Made by a program: the position numbers and the translations under genes
Assembly (NCBI GenBank): GCA_964019335.1
Contig: OZ025747.1
Location: 297,196 to 361,195 of the forward strand
Direction of reading: 5' to 3'
DNA length: 64,000 nt
From: Diplonema japonicum
Taxonomy: Eukaryota; Protista; Euglenozoa: Diplonemea
Shown: one piece after another, positions 36,073-50,163 of the stretch
How positions within the stretch are numbered: the stretch's first letter is position 1
Layout of the letters: each line of letters starts with the position of its first letter
Notes under the pieces: generated by a model
The model's database searches: none
The model's input: only the letters and a program-made list of their open reading frames with translations
Told to the model about the DNA's origin: nothing

Positions 36073-36637
36073 ATGGCCGACGAGGATGCTCAGGCGATTG
36101 TGTGCGACAACGGGTCCGGAATGGTGAAGGCGGGTTTCGCTGGTGACGATGCTCCCAGGTCTGTGTTCCCCTCCATCGTTGGTAGGCCCAAGACCGCTGC
36201 GGCGATGATGGGTACCGCGAAGAAGGAGGCTTACATTGGTGACGATGCCCAGTCGAAGAGGGGTATCCTCCTCATCAAGTACCCCATCGAGCACGGTATC
36301 ATCACCAACTGGGATGACATGGAGAAGATCTGGCACCACACCTTCTTCAACGAGCTCCGTGTGGCCCCTGAGGACCACCCGGTTCTCCTCACCGAGGCCC
36401 CCATGAACCCCAAGGCGAACAGGGAGAAGATGACCCAGATCATGTTCGAGACCTTCAACAGCCCTGCCATGTACGTTGGTATCCAGGCTGTGCTCTCCCT
36501 CTACTCCAGCGGTCGTACCACCGGTATCGTTCTTGACTCCGGTGACGGTGTGACTCACACTGTCCCCATCTACGAGGGGTACTCCCTTCCCCACGCTGTC
36601 CTTCGTATTGACATGGCTGTATGTAACAAAACACAAT

Positions 36638-36675
<38 letters not shown>

Positions 36676-37319
36676 GCAGAGACATGACTGACTGGATGAT
36701 CAAGCTCCTCACCGAGCGTGGTAACAGCTTCGTGACCTCCGCTGAGAGGGAGATCGTCCGTGACATCAAGGAGAAGCTTGCCTACGTCGCTCTGGTATGG
36801 AAGAGATATCAAGAAAAGTGAAAAACAAAAAAAAACCCCACACCCACCCCACAGGACTTCGACGAGGAGATGTCCCTCGCCTCCTCGTCCTCCTCGCTCG
36901 AGAAGGACTACGAGCTTCCCGACGGTCAGGTGATCACTGTTGGGTCTGAGAGGTTCAGGTGCCCCGAGGCCCTGTTCAAGCCTGCCTTCATCGGTCTTGA
37001 GGCCAACGGCATCCACGAGACTGTGTACAACAGCATCATGAAGTGCGATATCGATGTGAGGAAGGACCTGTACGCCAACATCGTGCTCTCGGGTGGTACC
37101 ACCATGTACGAGGGCCTTGCCGACCGTCTGTCGAAGGAGGTGACCAACTTGGCCCCCAACAGCATGAAGATCAAGGTCGTTGCACCCCCCGAGAGGAAGT
37201 ACTCTGTCTGGATCGGTGGGTCCATCCTCTCCTCGCTCTCCACCTTCGCCTCCATGTGGGTCAAGAAGGAGGAGTACGACGAGTCCGGCCCCGGCATTGT
37301 CCACAAGAAGTGCTTCTAG
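36073..37319 (+). CDS. ACT: Actin, copy 1; introns 36619-36674 and 36795-36854
   Basis: [18 protein letters not shown] ... [16 protein letters not shown]; both GTATG..CACAG introns restore the frame. Confidence 0.98.
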
Positions 37320-37761
37320 GCTTCTTGCGGGCAATGGGTTGCATTGTATTGCCCTTTCCCGTGTGTACCTTTTCTTTTCTTTTCTTTTCCTTTTTTTTTA
37401 AAGCCCTTTCCGGTTACATCTTTTTTCTTTTTCTTTACTGCGTTCTTTTGCTTTTTTTCTTTTCCAGTGTTGGAAACTTCGGTTTCTTCCCTTGCACCAC
37501 TTCCTCCCTCCACTTCTCCGTCTCTCTCACAAACACATACTTATGAACAGAGGCAATGGTGGCGTGGCACAAGAGGTATCTCGCGCAGCTGCTTCGGTTG
37601 GAATTTATAGCAGCTTGGCAGTCCCGCCTACTTTTATTTTGCTTTCTGAGACTTTCTTTTTACAAGCCCCCGTTTTTCTTTTTCTTATTTTCTTTATATT
37701 TCTTATTTCCCCCTTCCAATCTCACACTCAGCACGTTAAGAAAAAAAAAAAGAAACAAAAA

Positions 37762-38997
37762 ATGGCCGACGAGGATGCTCAGGCGATTGTGTGCGACAAC
37801 GGGTCCGGAATGGTGAAGGCGGGTTTCGCTGGTGACGATGCTCCCAGGTCTGTGTTCCCCTCCATCGTTGGTAGGCCCAAGACCGCTGCGGCGATGATGG
37901 GTACCGCGAAGAAGGAGGCTTACATTGGTGACGATGCCCAGTCGAAGAGGGGTATCCTCCTCATCAAGTACCCCATCGAGCACGGTATCATCACCAACTG
38001 GGATGACATGGAGAAGATCTGGCACCACACCTTCTTCAACGAGCTCCGTGTGGCCCCTGAGGACCACCCGGTTCTCCTCACCGAGGCCCCCATGAACCCC
38101 AAGGCGAACAGGGAGAAGATGACCCAGATCATGTTCGAGACCTTCAACAGCCCTGCCATGTACGTTGGTATCCAGGCTGTGCTCTCCCTCTACTCCAGCG
38201 GTCGTACCACCGGTATCGTTCTTGACTCCGGTGACGGTGTGACTCACACTGTCCCCATCTACGAGGGGTACTCCCTTCCCCACGCTGTCCTTCGTATTGA
38301 CATGGCTGTATGTAGAATGATTAAAAAGAACAACACACACACACACACACAGGGCAGAGACATGACTGACTGGATGATCAAGCTCCTCACCGAGCGTGGT
38401 AACAGCTTCGTGACCTCCGCTGAGAGGGAGATCGTCCGTGACATCAAGGAGAAGCTTGCCTACGTCGCTCTGGTATGGAAGAGATATCAAGAAAAGTGAA
38501 AAACAAAAAAAAACCCCACACCCACCCCACAGGACTTCGACGAGGAGATGTCCCTCGCCTCCTCGTCCTCCTCGCTCGAGAAGGACTACGAGCTTCCCGA
38601 CGGTCAGGTGATCACTGTTGGGTCTGAGAGGTTCAGGTGCCCCGAGGCCCTGTTCAAGCCTGCCTTCATCGGTCTTGAGGCCAACGGCATCCACGAGACT
38701 GTGTACAACAGCATCATGAAGTGCGATATCGATGTGAGGAAGGACCTGTACGCCAACATCGTGCTCTCGGGTGGTACCACCATGTACGAGGGCCTTGCCG
38801 ACCGTCTGTCGAAGGAGGTGACCAACTTGGCCCCCAACAGCATGAAGATCAAGGTCGTTGCACCCCCCGAGAGGAAGTACTCTGTCTGGATCGGTGGGTC
38901 CATCCTCTCCTCGCTCTCCACCTTCGCCTCCATGTGGGTCAAGAAGGAGGAGTACGACGAGTCCGGCCCCGGCATTGTCCACAAGAAGTGCTTCTAG
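37762..38997 (+). CDS. ACT: Actin, copy 2; introns 38308-38352 and 38473-38532
   Basis: Exons match copy 1. Confidence 0.98.
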
Positions 38998-39461
38998 GCT
39001 TCACGAGAAGCAAGCACACGAGAGATCGACGGCTTGTGAGAATATTGAGATCCCTGTCCTGTATTGTTTTCTTTTTTTCTTATTTTTAATATCTTCTTTA
39101 TTTATTCGTGGAGCTATTGCTTACACCGTACCGGTTGGTGCCTCTCCCTTCTTTGTCCCACTGGTCGAGAGGGTGCGAGTTACCGGCAAATAAGGTTCGG
39201 CTATGCTTTGTAATAAATAATTATAATACAAATGAAACCCACATACCTTTTCTTTTTTTTTTCCCCCTTTTTTTTTTCTTCTTCCTCTCTCTTATATGAC
39301 TTCGTTTGATTTTTTTCTTTGTTCCTTTTCTTTTTTTCTCCGCACAGTATTTTCTTGCTGTGAAAAAAAAAAAATAGCTTCATTGTTATTCTTCAACGTT
39401 AACCACCCCTCACGACTACAATCACAGGCACATTCTTTATTTTTATTCTTTAGCACCTTAA

Positions 39462-40829
<1,368 letters not shown>

Positions 40830-41327
40830 AAGGTCCAGCTCAGTCCATCCTTCATTCTTATTTGCTGTTTTTTTTTTTGTTGTTGTTAGAACTTCCACAC
40901 CTCTCTTTTTTCTTTTTAGGCAGCAGGACCAAGGTTTTCGGGCCTAAGTCTCAGGTGTATGACGACACCTCCCCTTAAGCGAGTCAAAATGAGAGGGAAC
41001 AGTGCATTTTTGCCCTTTCATGGATGCCATTATTAGCAGTACAATGGTAACTGAGGAAAGCAAGGGATGGGCCAAGTGGGTCTAGTAATACTAACGTAAA
41101 GTCGAGTACCTAACCTCACGGTTTTAACCTTTTGTCTTTCTGAAGTTGCCAGCAAAGTGATAGCGGGTGGGGTTGGGGAACACCCACACCTCACCTTAAC
41201 ACACCTTTTCAAATATCTTTACCCTTGCCCCACTTTTCAAAAGAATCATGTGTTTTCTTTGTTTTTCGTCCCCACTTTATTAAATAAGTGCATTCATTGA
41301 ATCATTGAAGGAAACAGGGAAAGGGAA

Positions 41328-43254
41328 ATGCCCGAAATGAAGAAACGTGTGTCTGCAGCTGCAAATCAGGACAATGATTTGACGAGCATCCTGATGCACA
41401 ATGACAAAACGAAATGGTCGCCGAAGAGTGCTGAACAAAAGCGAGTGATGCACAACATCAGTTTGAAACGTGCAGATGAGAGAAGGGGCAAGAAGCTGGT
41501 CTCGTTGAAGGAGGTGAGCACAAGGAAGAGCCGCATCGACCAGGTGCCCATCACTATGTCGCAGGCGGCGTCCTCGCCGATGAGTTTTGACCCCAAGGAG
41601 CCTACAGCTGCAACGCCGGGCGCTTTTACGGGCCCCGCGTCGCCCAGCCAGAGCCAAGCGAGATCAGCACGTTTCAGGCAGCCAACGCTCTCCTCCATGA
41701 CCGGTCCAACATGCAAAGGGTCGCACCAGCTTGTCAAAGCACGAGGCATGCCCACCACCTACCAATCCATGAGGGGCTACAGCATCATATGTGACTTGTG
41801 TGGCACTTCTAGTCTTCAGAAGGAATCCTTTTTTTACCACTGTCCTATCTGCAGGTTTGACTGCTGCAATAGCTGCATGTTGGGTAAGAAAACCCTGGTA
41901 AAGAGAGAGTCTGACACATCCCCAAGGCACATGCCGCCCGAGCCGCAAAGGAAGCCGTCTTCTTTGAAGGACACATCAGGCATCACCTTTGGCTCCGACG
42001 ATGCATCAACAAGAGCGAGAAAGCAGATGAATACGATGGAGAAGGAACGCCAGGTGATGTCGTGCCCAACTATAGATGATATTTACAGTGTGAGGGGGAA
42101 GCAGACAACTGTGAAGCAGATGTTTAACGTGGGTGATGAGGTGGAGGTATGCAATGCTGGCAACGAGACGAACGGGACTCGTGGCAAGGTGACCGGGTTT
42201 GCCAGAGGACGGGTTGGTGTGGACATCGGCAGCGGTGCAAGGAGCTTCATGCCCGATCAGGTGAAGAAGCCCGGCTCACCGACTAAGGGCTCGTCACTGC
42301 ACCCAATGAGTTACAAGCTTGGCACCATGGTAGAGGTGTGCGGCACAGGCACGATGGTGGATGGGAGGAGAGGCATCGTTGTGAAGTGCGTGGCGGACGC
42401 GGTTGACGTGAAGCTCGACGGCGATGTGTACAGGCTGCCGTTTGAGAACGTGACACTGCCGATTGGGAACAGTGTGTACGTGAAGGGAGGAGATGTGAAT
42501 AATCAGAAAGGTGTCATCACTGGCTACAACAGGGGCAGGGTAGGCGTTGCTGTCGCTGGGAAGACCATGGGTTTCGTGCCAGGGAATATTAGAGTCAGCA
42601 CCCCCAGCAGCATCGCCAGCAGGAGGATGGACACCCCTCCACTGAGCGAGGCGTCGTCATCACCGAGGTTTGGCGCGCCACCTACACCGCCGATGCCATC
42701 TCAGCAAGCGGTGAAGAACCTCATGCACAGCATCAGGATGGCATTGGTGCATCATAATGGGCCGTTGGCGTTTATTAATTTGAGAAAAGCGGCAATGAGC
42801 ATGCCGCAGAACGATTTCGGGATGAAACAGGTGCTGAATAAGGTTGGGCTGCAGGACTTGGTGAAGGACGTGCAAACCTTTAACACGATTGTGAGCGTGT
42901 TCCAGAGGAGCTTCAATTCCAACTACACGGAGTTCGTGACGTCCCTTCGCAAGAGGGTCCCAGAGAAGAGAGAGAGGCTTATGTTGAAACTATTCAGCGA
43001 GCTGGACCTCGGCAATAATGGGGTGCTCGAGACGACTGCTTTGAAGAAGTGTTTCATCGTCACGAATAGCACGCTTGCGCCGTCACACTTCTTTGACTCT
43101 GCCACGGTGCCGCAGAGTAAGTTCCTCGAGTACTACAGGGACCTGAGGTATGCAAAGATTAAGATAAGATCATCACAATTACCACAGTGCCGCCATCACG
43201 AATGATGCTCACTTCCAAACAGCTTTACTGTCCCCTTGGCGCATTGAGTTCTGA
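41328..43254 (+). CDS. Protein with ZZ-like zinc finger, four KOW/SH3-like repeats and calcyphosine-like EF-hand C-terminus; intron 43148-43187
   Basis: ICDLC..FFYHCPICRFDCCNSC; VGDEVEV..NGTRGKV-type repeats; LDLGNNGVLE. The spliced end FLEYYRDLSAAITNDAHFQTALLSPWRI resembles the calcyphosine tail. Confidence 0.7.
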
Positions 43255-43741
43255 TACATTGTTACTTCTCTTTTCCAGTTCTCTCTTTGCTTTTTTATTT
43301 CTTTGTGTTGCTAGTAAGTTTTTTCTTTCTTTTGTGCTTGAACAAGAAAAACAAAAAAGCAATAGTTGTAAAATGAATTATTGCTAAATGAGTCAAGAAG
43401 CTTTGTTCGGCTTTAACCGTCTGCAGGATAAAACCGACTTTGCACAAACAACAACGGCTTTCCCCCCCCCTCTGCCTTGGTAACATTCTTTTTGCTTTTT
43501 TTTGTGTCCTTGTGTTTGTACTACCCCGCTTCCCCCCGTACTTGAACAAAGTAACCCTGCTGTGTGCGTTTACCTCTTTCTTTTTATGTTATGAGCATGC
43601 CCTTTGATGCCCTGCTCATTTAGTTCTGTCATTTTTCAGTACTTTTTTCTCTCTCGTGCTTTTTTGGTTGGCTGAATAGACAGTTTCGCTTTTCCATCAA
43701 ACACTTACAGCACGTTAAGGAAAAAAAAAAAAGAAGCAAAA

Positions 43742-44306
43742 ATGGCCGACGAGGATGCTCAGGCGATTGTGTGCGACAACGGGTCCGGAATGGTGAAGGC
43801 GGGTTTCGCTGGTGACGATGCTCCCAGGTCTGTGTTCCCCTCCATCGTTGGTAGGCCCAAGACCGCTGCGGCGATGATGGGTACCGCGAAGAAGGAGGCT
43901 TACATTGGTGACGATGCCCAGTCGAAGAGGGGTATCCTCCTCATCAAGTACCCCATCGAGCACGGTATCATCACCAACTGGGATGACATGGAGAAGATCT
44001 GGCACCACACCTTCTTCAACGAGCTCCGTGTGGCCCCTGAGGACCACCCGGTTCTCCTCACCGAGGCCCCCATGAACCCCAAGGCGAACAGGGAGAAGAT
44101 GACCCAGATCATGTTCGAGACCTTCAACAGCCCTGCCATGTACGTTGGTATCCAGGCTGTGCTCTCCCTCTACTCCAGCGGTCGTACCACCGGTATCGTT
44201 CTTGACTCCGGTGACGGTGTGACTCACACTGTCCCCATCTACGAGGGGTACTCCCTTCCCCACGCTGTCCTTCGTATTGACATGGCTGTATGTAACAAAA
44301 CACAAT

Positions 44307-44346
<40 letters not shown>

Positions 44347-44975
44347 GCAGAGACATGACTGACTGGATGATCAAGCTCCTCACCGAGCGTGGTAACAGCT
44401 TCGTGACCTCCGCTGAGAGGGAGATCGTCCGTGACATCAAGGAGAAGCTTGCCTACGTCGCTCTGGTATGGAAGAGATATCTCAAGAAAAACCCCACACC
44501 CACCCCACAGGACTTCGACGAGGAGATGTCCCTCGCCTCCTCGTCCTCCTCGCTCGAGAAGGACTACGAGCTTCCCGACGGTCAGGTGATCACTGTTGGG
44601 TCTGAGAGGTTCAGGTGCCCCGAGGCCCTGTTCAAGCCTGCCTTCATCGGTCTTGAGGCCAACGGCATCCACGAGACTGTGTACAACAGCATCATGAAGT
44701 GCGATATCGATGTGAGGAAGGACCTGTACGCCAACATCGTGCTCTCGGGTGGTACCACCATGTACGAGGGCCTTGCCGACCGTCTGTCGAAGGAGGTGAC
44801 CAACTTGGCCCCCAACAGCATGAAGATCAAGGTCGTTGCACCCCCCGAGAGGAAGTACTCTGTCTGGATCGGTGGGTCCATCCTCTCCTCGCTCTCCACC
44901 TTCGCCTCCATGTGGGTCAAGAAGGAGGAGTACGACGAGTCCGGCCCCGGCATTGTCCACAAGAAGTGCTTCTAG
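43742..44975 (+). CDS. ACT: Actin, copy 3; introns 44288-44345 and 44466-44510
   Basis: Exons match copy 1. Confidence 0.98.
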
Positions 44976-45417
44976 GCTTCTTGCGGGCAATGGGTTGCAT
45001 TGTATTGCCCTTTCCCGTGTGTACCTTTTCTTTTCTTTTCTTTTCCTTTTTTTTTAAAGCCCTTTCCGGTTACATCTTTTTTCTTTTTCTTTACTGCGTT
45101 CTTTTGCTTTTTTTCTTTTCCAGTGTTGGAAACTTCGGTTTCTTCCCTTGCACCACTTCCTCCCTCCACTTCTCCGTCTCTCTCACAAACACATACTTAT
45201 GAACAGAGGCAATGGTGGCGTGGCACAAGAGGTATCTCGCGCAGCTGCTTCGGTTGGAATTTATAGCAGCTTGGCAGTCCCGCCTACTTTTATTTTGCTT
45301 TCTGAGACTTTCTTTTTACAAGCCCCCGTTTTTCTTTTTCTTATTTTCTTTATATTTCTTATTTCCCCCTTCCAATCTCACACTCAGCACGTTAAGAAAA
45401 AAAAAAAGAAACAAAAA

Positions 45418-46653
45418 ATGGCCGACGAGGATGCTCAGGCGATTGTGTGCGACAACGGGTCCGGAATGGTGAAGGCGGGTTTCGCTGGTGACGATGCTCC
45501 CAGGTCTGTGTTCCCCTCCATCGTTGGTAGGCCCAAGACCGCTGCGGCGATGATGGGTACCGCGAAGAAGGAGGCTTACATTGGTGACGATGCCCAGTCG
45601 AAGAGGGGTATCCTCCTCATCAAGTACCCCATCGAGCACGGTATCATCACCAACTGGGATGACATGGAGAAGATCTGGCACCACACCTTCTTCAACGAGC
45701 TCCGTGTGGCCCCTGAGGACCACCCGGTTCTCCTCACCGAGGCCCCCATGAACCCCAAGGCGAACAGGGAGAAGATGACCCAGATCATGTTCGAGACCTT
45801 CAACAGCCCTGCCATGTACGTTGGTATCCAGGCTGTGCTCTCCCTCTACTCCAGCGGTCGTACCACCGGTATCGTTCTTGACTCCGGTGACGGTGTGACT
45901 CACACTGTCCCCATCTACGAGGGGTACTCCCTTCCCCACGCTGTCCTTCGTATTGACATGGCTGTATGTAGAATGATTAAAAAGAACAACACACACACAC
46001 ACACACAGGGCAGAGACATGACTGACTGGATGATCAAGCTCCTCACCGAGCGTGGTAACAGCTTCGTGACCTCCGCTGAGAGGGAGATCGTCCGTGACAT
46101 CAAGGAGAAGCTTGCCTACGTCGCTCTGGTATGGAAGAGATATCAAGAAAAGTGAAAAACAAAAAAAAACCCCACACCCACCCCACAGGACTTCGACGAG
46201 GAGATGTCCCTCGCCTCCTCGTCCTCCTCGCTCGAGAAGGACTACGAGCTTCCCGACGGTCAGGTGATCACTGTTGGGTCTGAGAGGTTCAGGTGCCCCG
46301 AGGCCCTGTTCAAGCCTGCCTTCATCGGTCTTGAGGCCAACGGCATCCACGAGACTGTGTACAACAGCATCATGAAGTGCGATATCGATGTGAGGAAGGA
46401 CCTGTACGCCAACATCGTGCTCTCGGGTGGTACCACCATGTACGAGGGCCTTGCCGACCGTCTGTCGAAGGAGGTGACCAACTTGGCCCCCAACAGCATG
46501 AAGATCAAGGTCGTTGCACCCCCCGAGAGGAAGTACTCTGTCTGGATCGGTGGGTCCATCCTCTCCTCGCTCTCCACCTTCGCCTCCATGTGGGTCAAGA
46601 AGGAGGAGTACGACGAGTCCGGCCCCGGCATTGTCCACAAGAAGTGCTTCTAG
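45418..46653 (+). CDS. ACT: Actin, copy 4; introns 45964-46008 and 46129-46188
   Basis: Exons match copy 1. Confidence 0.98.
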
Positions 46654-47337
46654 GCTTCACGAGAAGCAAGCACACGAGAGATCGACGGCTTGTGAGAATA
46701 TTGAGATCCCTGTCCTGTATTGTTTTCTTTTTTTCTTATTTTTAATATCTTCTTTATTTATTCGTGGAGCTATTGCTTACACCGTACCGGTTGGTGCCTC
46801 TCCCTTCTTTGTCCTTGGTCGAGAGGGTGCGAGTTACTGATTGAGGTTCGGCTATGCTTTGCAAAAATAAAAAAAATAAAAAAAAATAAAAACATATTCC
46901 ATTTTTATTTTTACTTTTTTTTTTTCTGCCTCTCTTATGACTTCGTTTGATCTTCCCCCCTCCCCCCCCATTTCTTTTTCTTTTCTTTTACTCCGCACAG
47001 TATTTTCTTGCTGTGAAATTTTATTGTTTTGTTGTTAATCTGCTTACCTAGATCATCTTGACGATCAAGGCAACAGCGTCTGACTAATTTGTTCTAATTC
47101 TTTTCTACGATGCACGATGCTTGCACTCGCAGGGCAGGGTCGTGCATCCTGCTAAAGACTGAAGGCCGCAGATGGTGAGTAAACACGAGCTGATTTATTC
47201 CCATAGTGGCTGTTACCCGAGACAAGATGACCTCTGTGATTGATTAGAGCAAAAGGAAATGACTTACTGTGTGCTCTTTCGGTTGTGATTTATAAAGTAC
47301 ACCCACAGCACGTTAAGGAAAAAAAAAGAAACAAAAA

Positions 47338-47902
47338 ATGGCCGACGAGGATGCTCAGGCGATTGTGTGCGACAACGGGTCCGGAATGGTGAAGGCGGGT
47401 TTCGCTGGTGACGATGCTCCCAGGTCTGTGTTCCCCTCCATCGTTGGTAGGCCCAAGACCGCTGCGGCGATGATGGGTACCGCGAAGAAGGAGGCTTACA
47501 TTGGTGACGATGCCCAGTCGAAGAGGGGTATCCTCCTCATCAAGTACCCCATCGAGCACGGTATCATCACCAACTGGGATGACATGGAGAAGATCTGGCA
47601 CCACACCTTCTTCAACGAGCTCCGTGTGGCCCCTGAGGACCACCCGGTTCTCCTCACCGAGGCCCCCATGAACCCCAAGGCGAACAGGGAGAAGATGACC
47701 CAGATCATGTTCGAGACCTTCAACAGCCCTGCCATGTACGTTGGTATCCAGGCTGTGCTCTCCCTCTACTCCAGCGGTCGTACCACCGGTATCGTTCTTG
47801 ACTCCGGTGACGGTGTGACTCACACTGTCCCCATCTACGAGGGGTACTCCCTTCCCCACGCTGTCCTTCGTATTGACATGGCTGTATGTAACAAAACACA
47901 AT

Positions 47903-47942
<40 letters not shown>

Positions 47943-48571
47943 GCAGAGACATGACTGACTGGATGATCAAGCTCCTCACCGAGCGTGGTAACAGCTTCGT
48001 GACCTCCGCTGAGAGGGAGATCGTCCGTGACATCAAGGAGAAGCTTGCCTACGTCGCTCTGGTATGGAAGAGATATCTCAAGAAAAACCCCACACCCACC
48101 CCACAGGACTTCGACGAGGAGATGTCCCTCGCCTCCTCGTCCTCCTCGCTCGAGAAGGACTACGAGCTTCCCGACGGTCAGGTGATCACTGTTGGGTCTG
48201 AGAGGTTCAGGTGCCCCGAGGCCCTGTTCAAGCCTGCCTTCATCGGTCTTGAGGCCAACGGCATCCACGAGACTGTGTACAACAGCATCATGAAGTGCGA
48301 TATCGATGTGAGGAAGGACCTGTACGCCAACATCGTGCTCTCGGGTGGTACCACCATGTACGAGGGCCTTGCCGACCGTCTGTCGAAGGAGGTGACCAAC
48401 TTGGCCCCCAACAGCATGAAGATCAAGGTCGTTGCACCCCCCGAGAGGAAGTACTCTGTCTGGATCGGTGGGTCCATCCTCTCCTCGCTCTCCACCTTCG
48501 CCTCCATGTGGGTCAAGAAGGAGGAGTACGACGAGTCCGGCCCCGGCATTGTCCACAAGAAGTGCTTCTAG
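47338..48571 (+). CDS. ACT: Actin, copy 5; introns 47884-47941 and 48062-48106
   Basis: Exons match copy 1. Confidence 0.98.
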
Positions 48572-48807
48572 GCTTCTTGCGAAAATTAAGTGTTGCTTTA
48601 TTTCTTTTTAGGGCATTCATTTGCTTTTAGCCTCCTCCTTTTTTTACTCCGCATTAACTTCGTTTATTTTTTTCAACCTGTGTCCTTAGCCCAAAAAGGT
48701 GTTATTTGAATGTTCTTTTATATTTTCTCCAACCCTGATTTTTTATTTTTCATCTCCATATTGTGCATTCCTGTTACGTCACTCAAGAGAGCCTCATCAA
48801 CAAGAAG

Positions 48808-50163
48808 ATGGGATGCTGTCTACACAAGGAACCTGTGAATGGGAAACAAACCTCGATCTCAAAGAAGGAGAGGATGGAAACTAGAGTGGAAGGGTCGAGA
48901 GTGGAACAGAAGAACTTCGATGCGGTAATAGAAGTGAGCGAGAAGAGTGAAAAGACAGCTGTTGAAAAAAAGGACAAAGACATACAGAAGCCACCAGAGA
49001 CACCTTGGGACAGGCTGCACAAGGGAGTACCTGTCGTGGACGCGAAAGAGTCGGAAGAGAAAATGGCTGAGGAGAAGGAGGAGCTACCTGAAAGCAAACC
49101 CAAGCAAGCTGCACGAAAAACAAAAAAGCTCTCAAGCACCATCAAGTTTGAAAAGGAGAAATCGGTACCGGTGAAGCCGAGGCTGAGCAGCACCTTGACA
49201 GTGCAAGGGAGCAATCAAAGAAAACCTGCAGGAAAAGCAGCGAAAAAAGGGAAACAGATTGGGAAAGAAAAAATTGGAACGAGTGATCTAACAGAAGACG
49301 AGAAGAAGATAACCAGCGAGATCTTGGACACCTCGCCAGGTGTGTCGTTTAATGAGGTAGCAGGGCTGGAGAAGGTCAAGGCTGCACTGTACGAGATTGT
49401 GGTGGCACCGTCATTGAACCCTGCGTTGTTCACAGGGCTGCGCACGCCTGCCAAAGGGGTGCTGTTGTTCGGGCCGCCTGGAAATGGAAAGACGATGCTC
49501 GCGAAGGCGGTTGCTACTGAGTGCAAAGCAACCTTCTTCAACATCTCCGCATCGTCTATTACATCGAAGTTTGTAGGGGAATCGGAGAAGCACGTCAGGA
49601 GCCTCTTCAGCGCAGCACGCAAGATGCAGCCCTCTGTCATTTTCATCGATGAGATAGATTCCATGCTCACCTCTAGAAAGTCATCCGAACACGATGCCTC
49701 CAGACGCCTCAAGACTGAGTTCCTCGTCCAGATGGATGGCGCAGGTAGCAACGCTGAGGACCGCATTCTCATTCTGGGTGCCACGAATCGACCCTTTGAG
49801 CTGGACGACGCGGCGCTTCGTAGGATGCCCAAGCGTGTGTACATTCCCCTTCCTGACCCTAACACAAGAAAAGGGCTCATTTTCGGAAAGCTAAAAAACG
49901 AAAACACCTCTTTAGATATTGATGCTGTTGTGAAGCTCACTGAAGGCTACTCGGGCAGCGACCTTGCATCTCTGTGCTCCGAGGCAGCCATGCACCCCCT
50001 TAGAGAAATCCCCTCGAATATGATAGCCACGGCACATCCCTCTTCCGTGCGTCCCATTACTCTCAAAGACTTCAAAACCGCAATCAATGTGATCCGCCCT
50101 TCCGTTAAGCCAGAGACTTTGAAGCAATGCTTGCAGTGGGGGGCGGCGTACGGCGTGAAATAG
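48808..50163 (+). CDS. Spastin-like microtubule-severing AAA ATPase with N-terminal MGCC acylation motif
   Basis: GVLLFGPPGNGKTMLAKAVA, FNISASSITSKFVGESEK, IDEIDS, SRRLKTEFL and GATNRPFELD. Confidence 0.88.
   Translation: MGCCLHKEPVNGKQTSISKKERMETRVEGSRVEQKNFDAVIEVSEKSEKTAVEKKDKDIQKPPETPWDRLHKGVPVVDAKESEEKMAEEKEELPESKPKQAARKTKKLSSTIKFEKEKSVPVKPRLSSTLTVQGSNQRKPAGKAAKKGKQIGKEKIGTSDLTEDEKKITSEILDTSPGVSFNEVAGLEKVKAALYEIVVAPSLNPALFTGLRTPAKGVLLFGPPGNGKTMLAKAVATECKATFFNISASSITSKFVGESEKHVRSLFSAARKMQPSVIFIDEIDSMLTSRKSSEHDASRRLKTEFLVQMDGAGSNAEDRILILGATNRPFELDDAALRRMPKRVYIPLPDPNTRKGLIFGKLKNENTSLDIDAVVKLTEGYSGSDLASLCSEAAMHPLREIPSNMIATAHPSSVRPITLKDFKTAINVIRPSVKPETLKQCLQWGAAYGVK

Larger units (their letters stand above)
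43708..47018 (+). repeat. Segmental duplicate of the two-actin block at about 36042-39365
   Basis: The inter-actin spacer and the 3' UTR of the second gene are shared with the first block, diverging toward the distal end. Confidence 0.9.

Noticed and set aside
35915-36127. 1078-aa ORF overlapping the actin start
   Set aside because: Explained by read-through of the 40-nt intron; the spliced gene stops at 35990.
40920-41160. Possible C/D snoRNA after alpha-tubulin (ATGACGA..CTGA)
   Set aside because: Non-canonical box C, and no terminal stem or guide could be verified.
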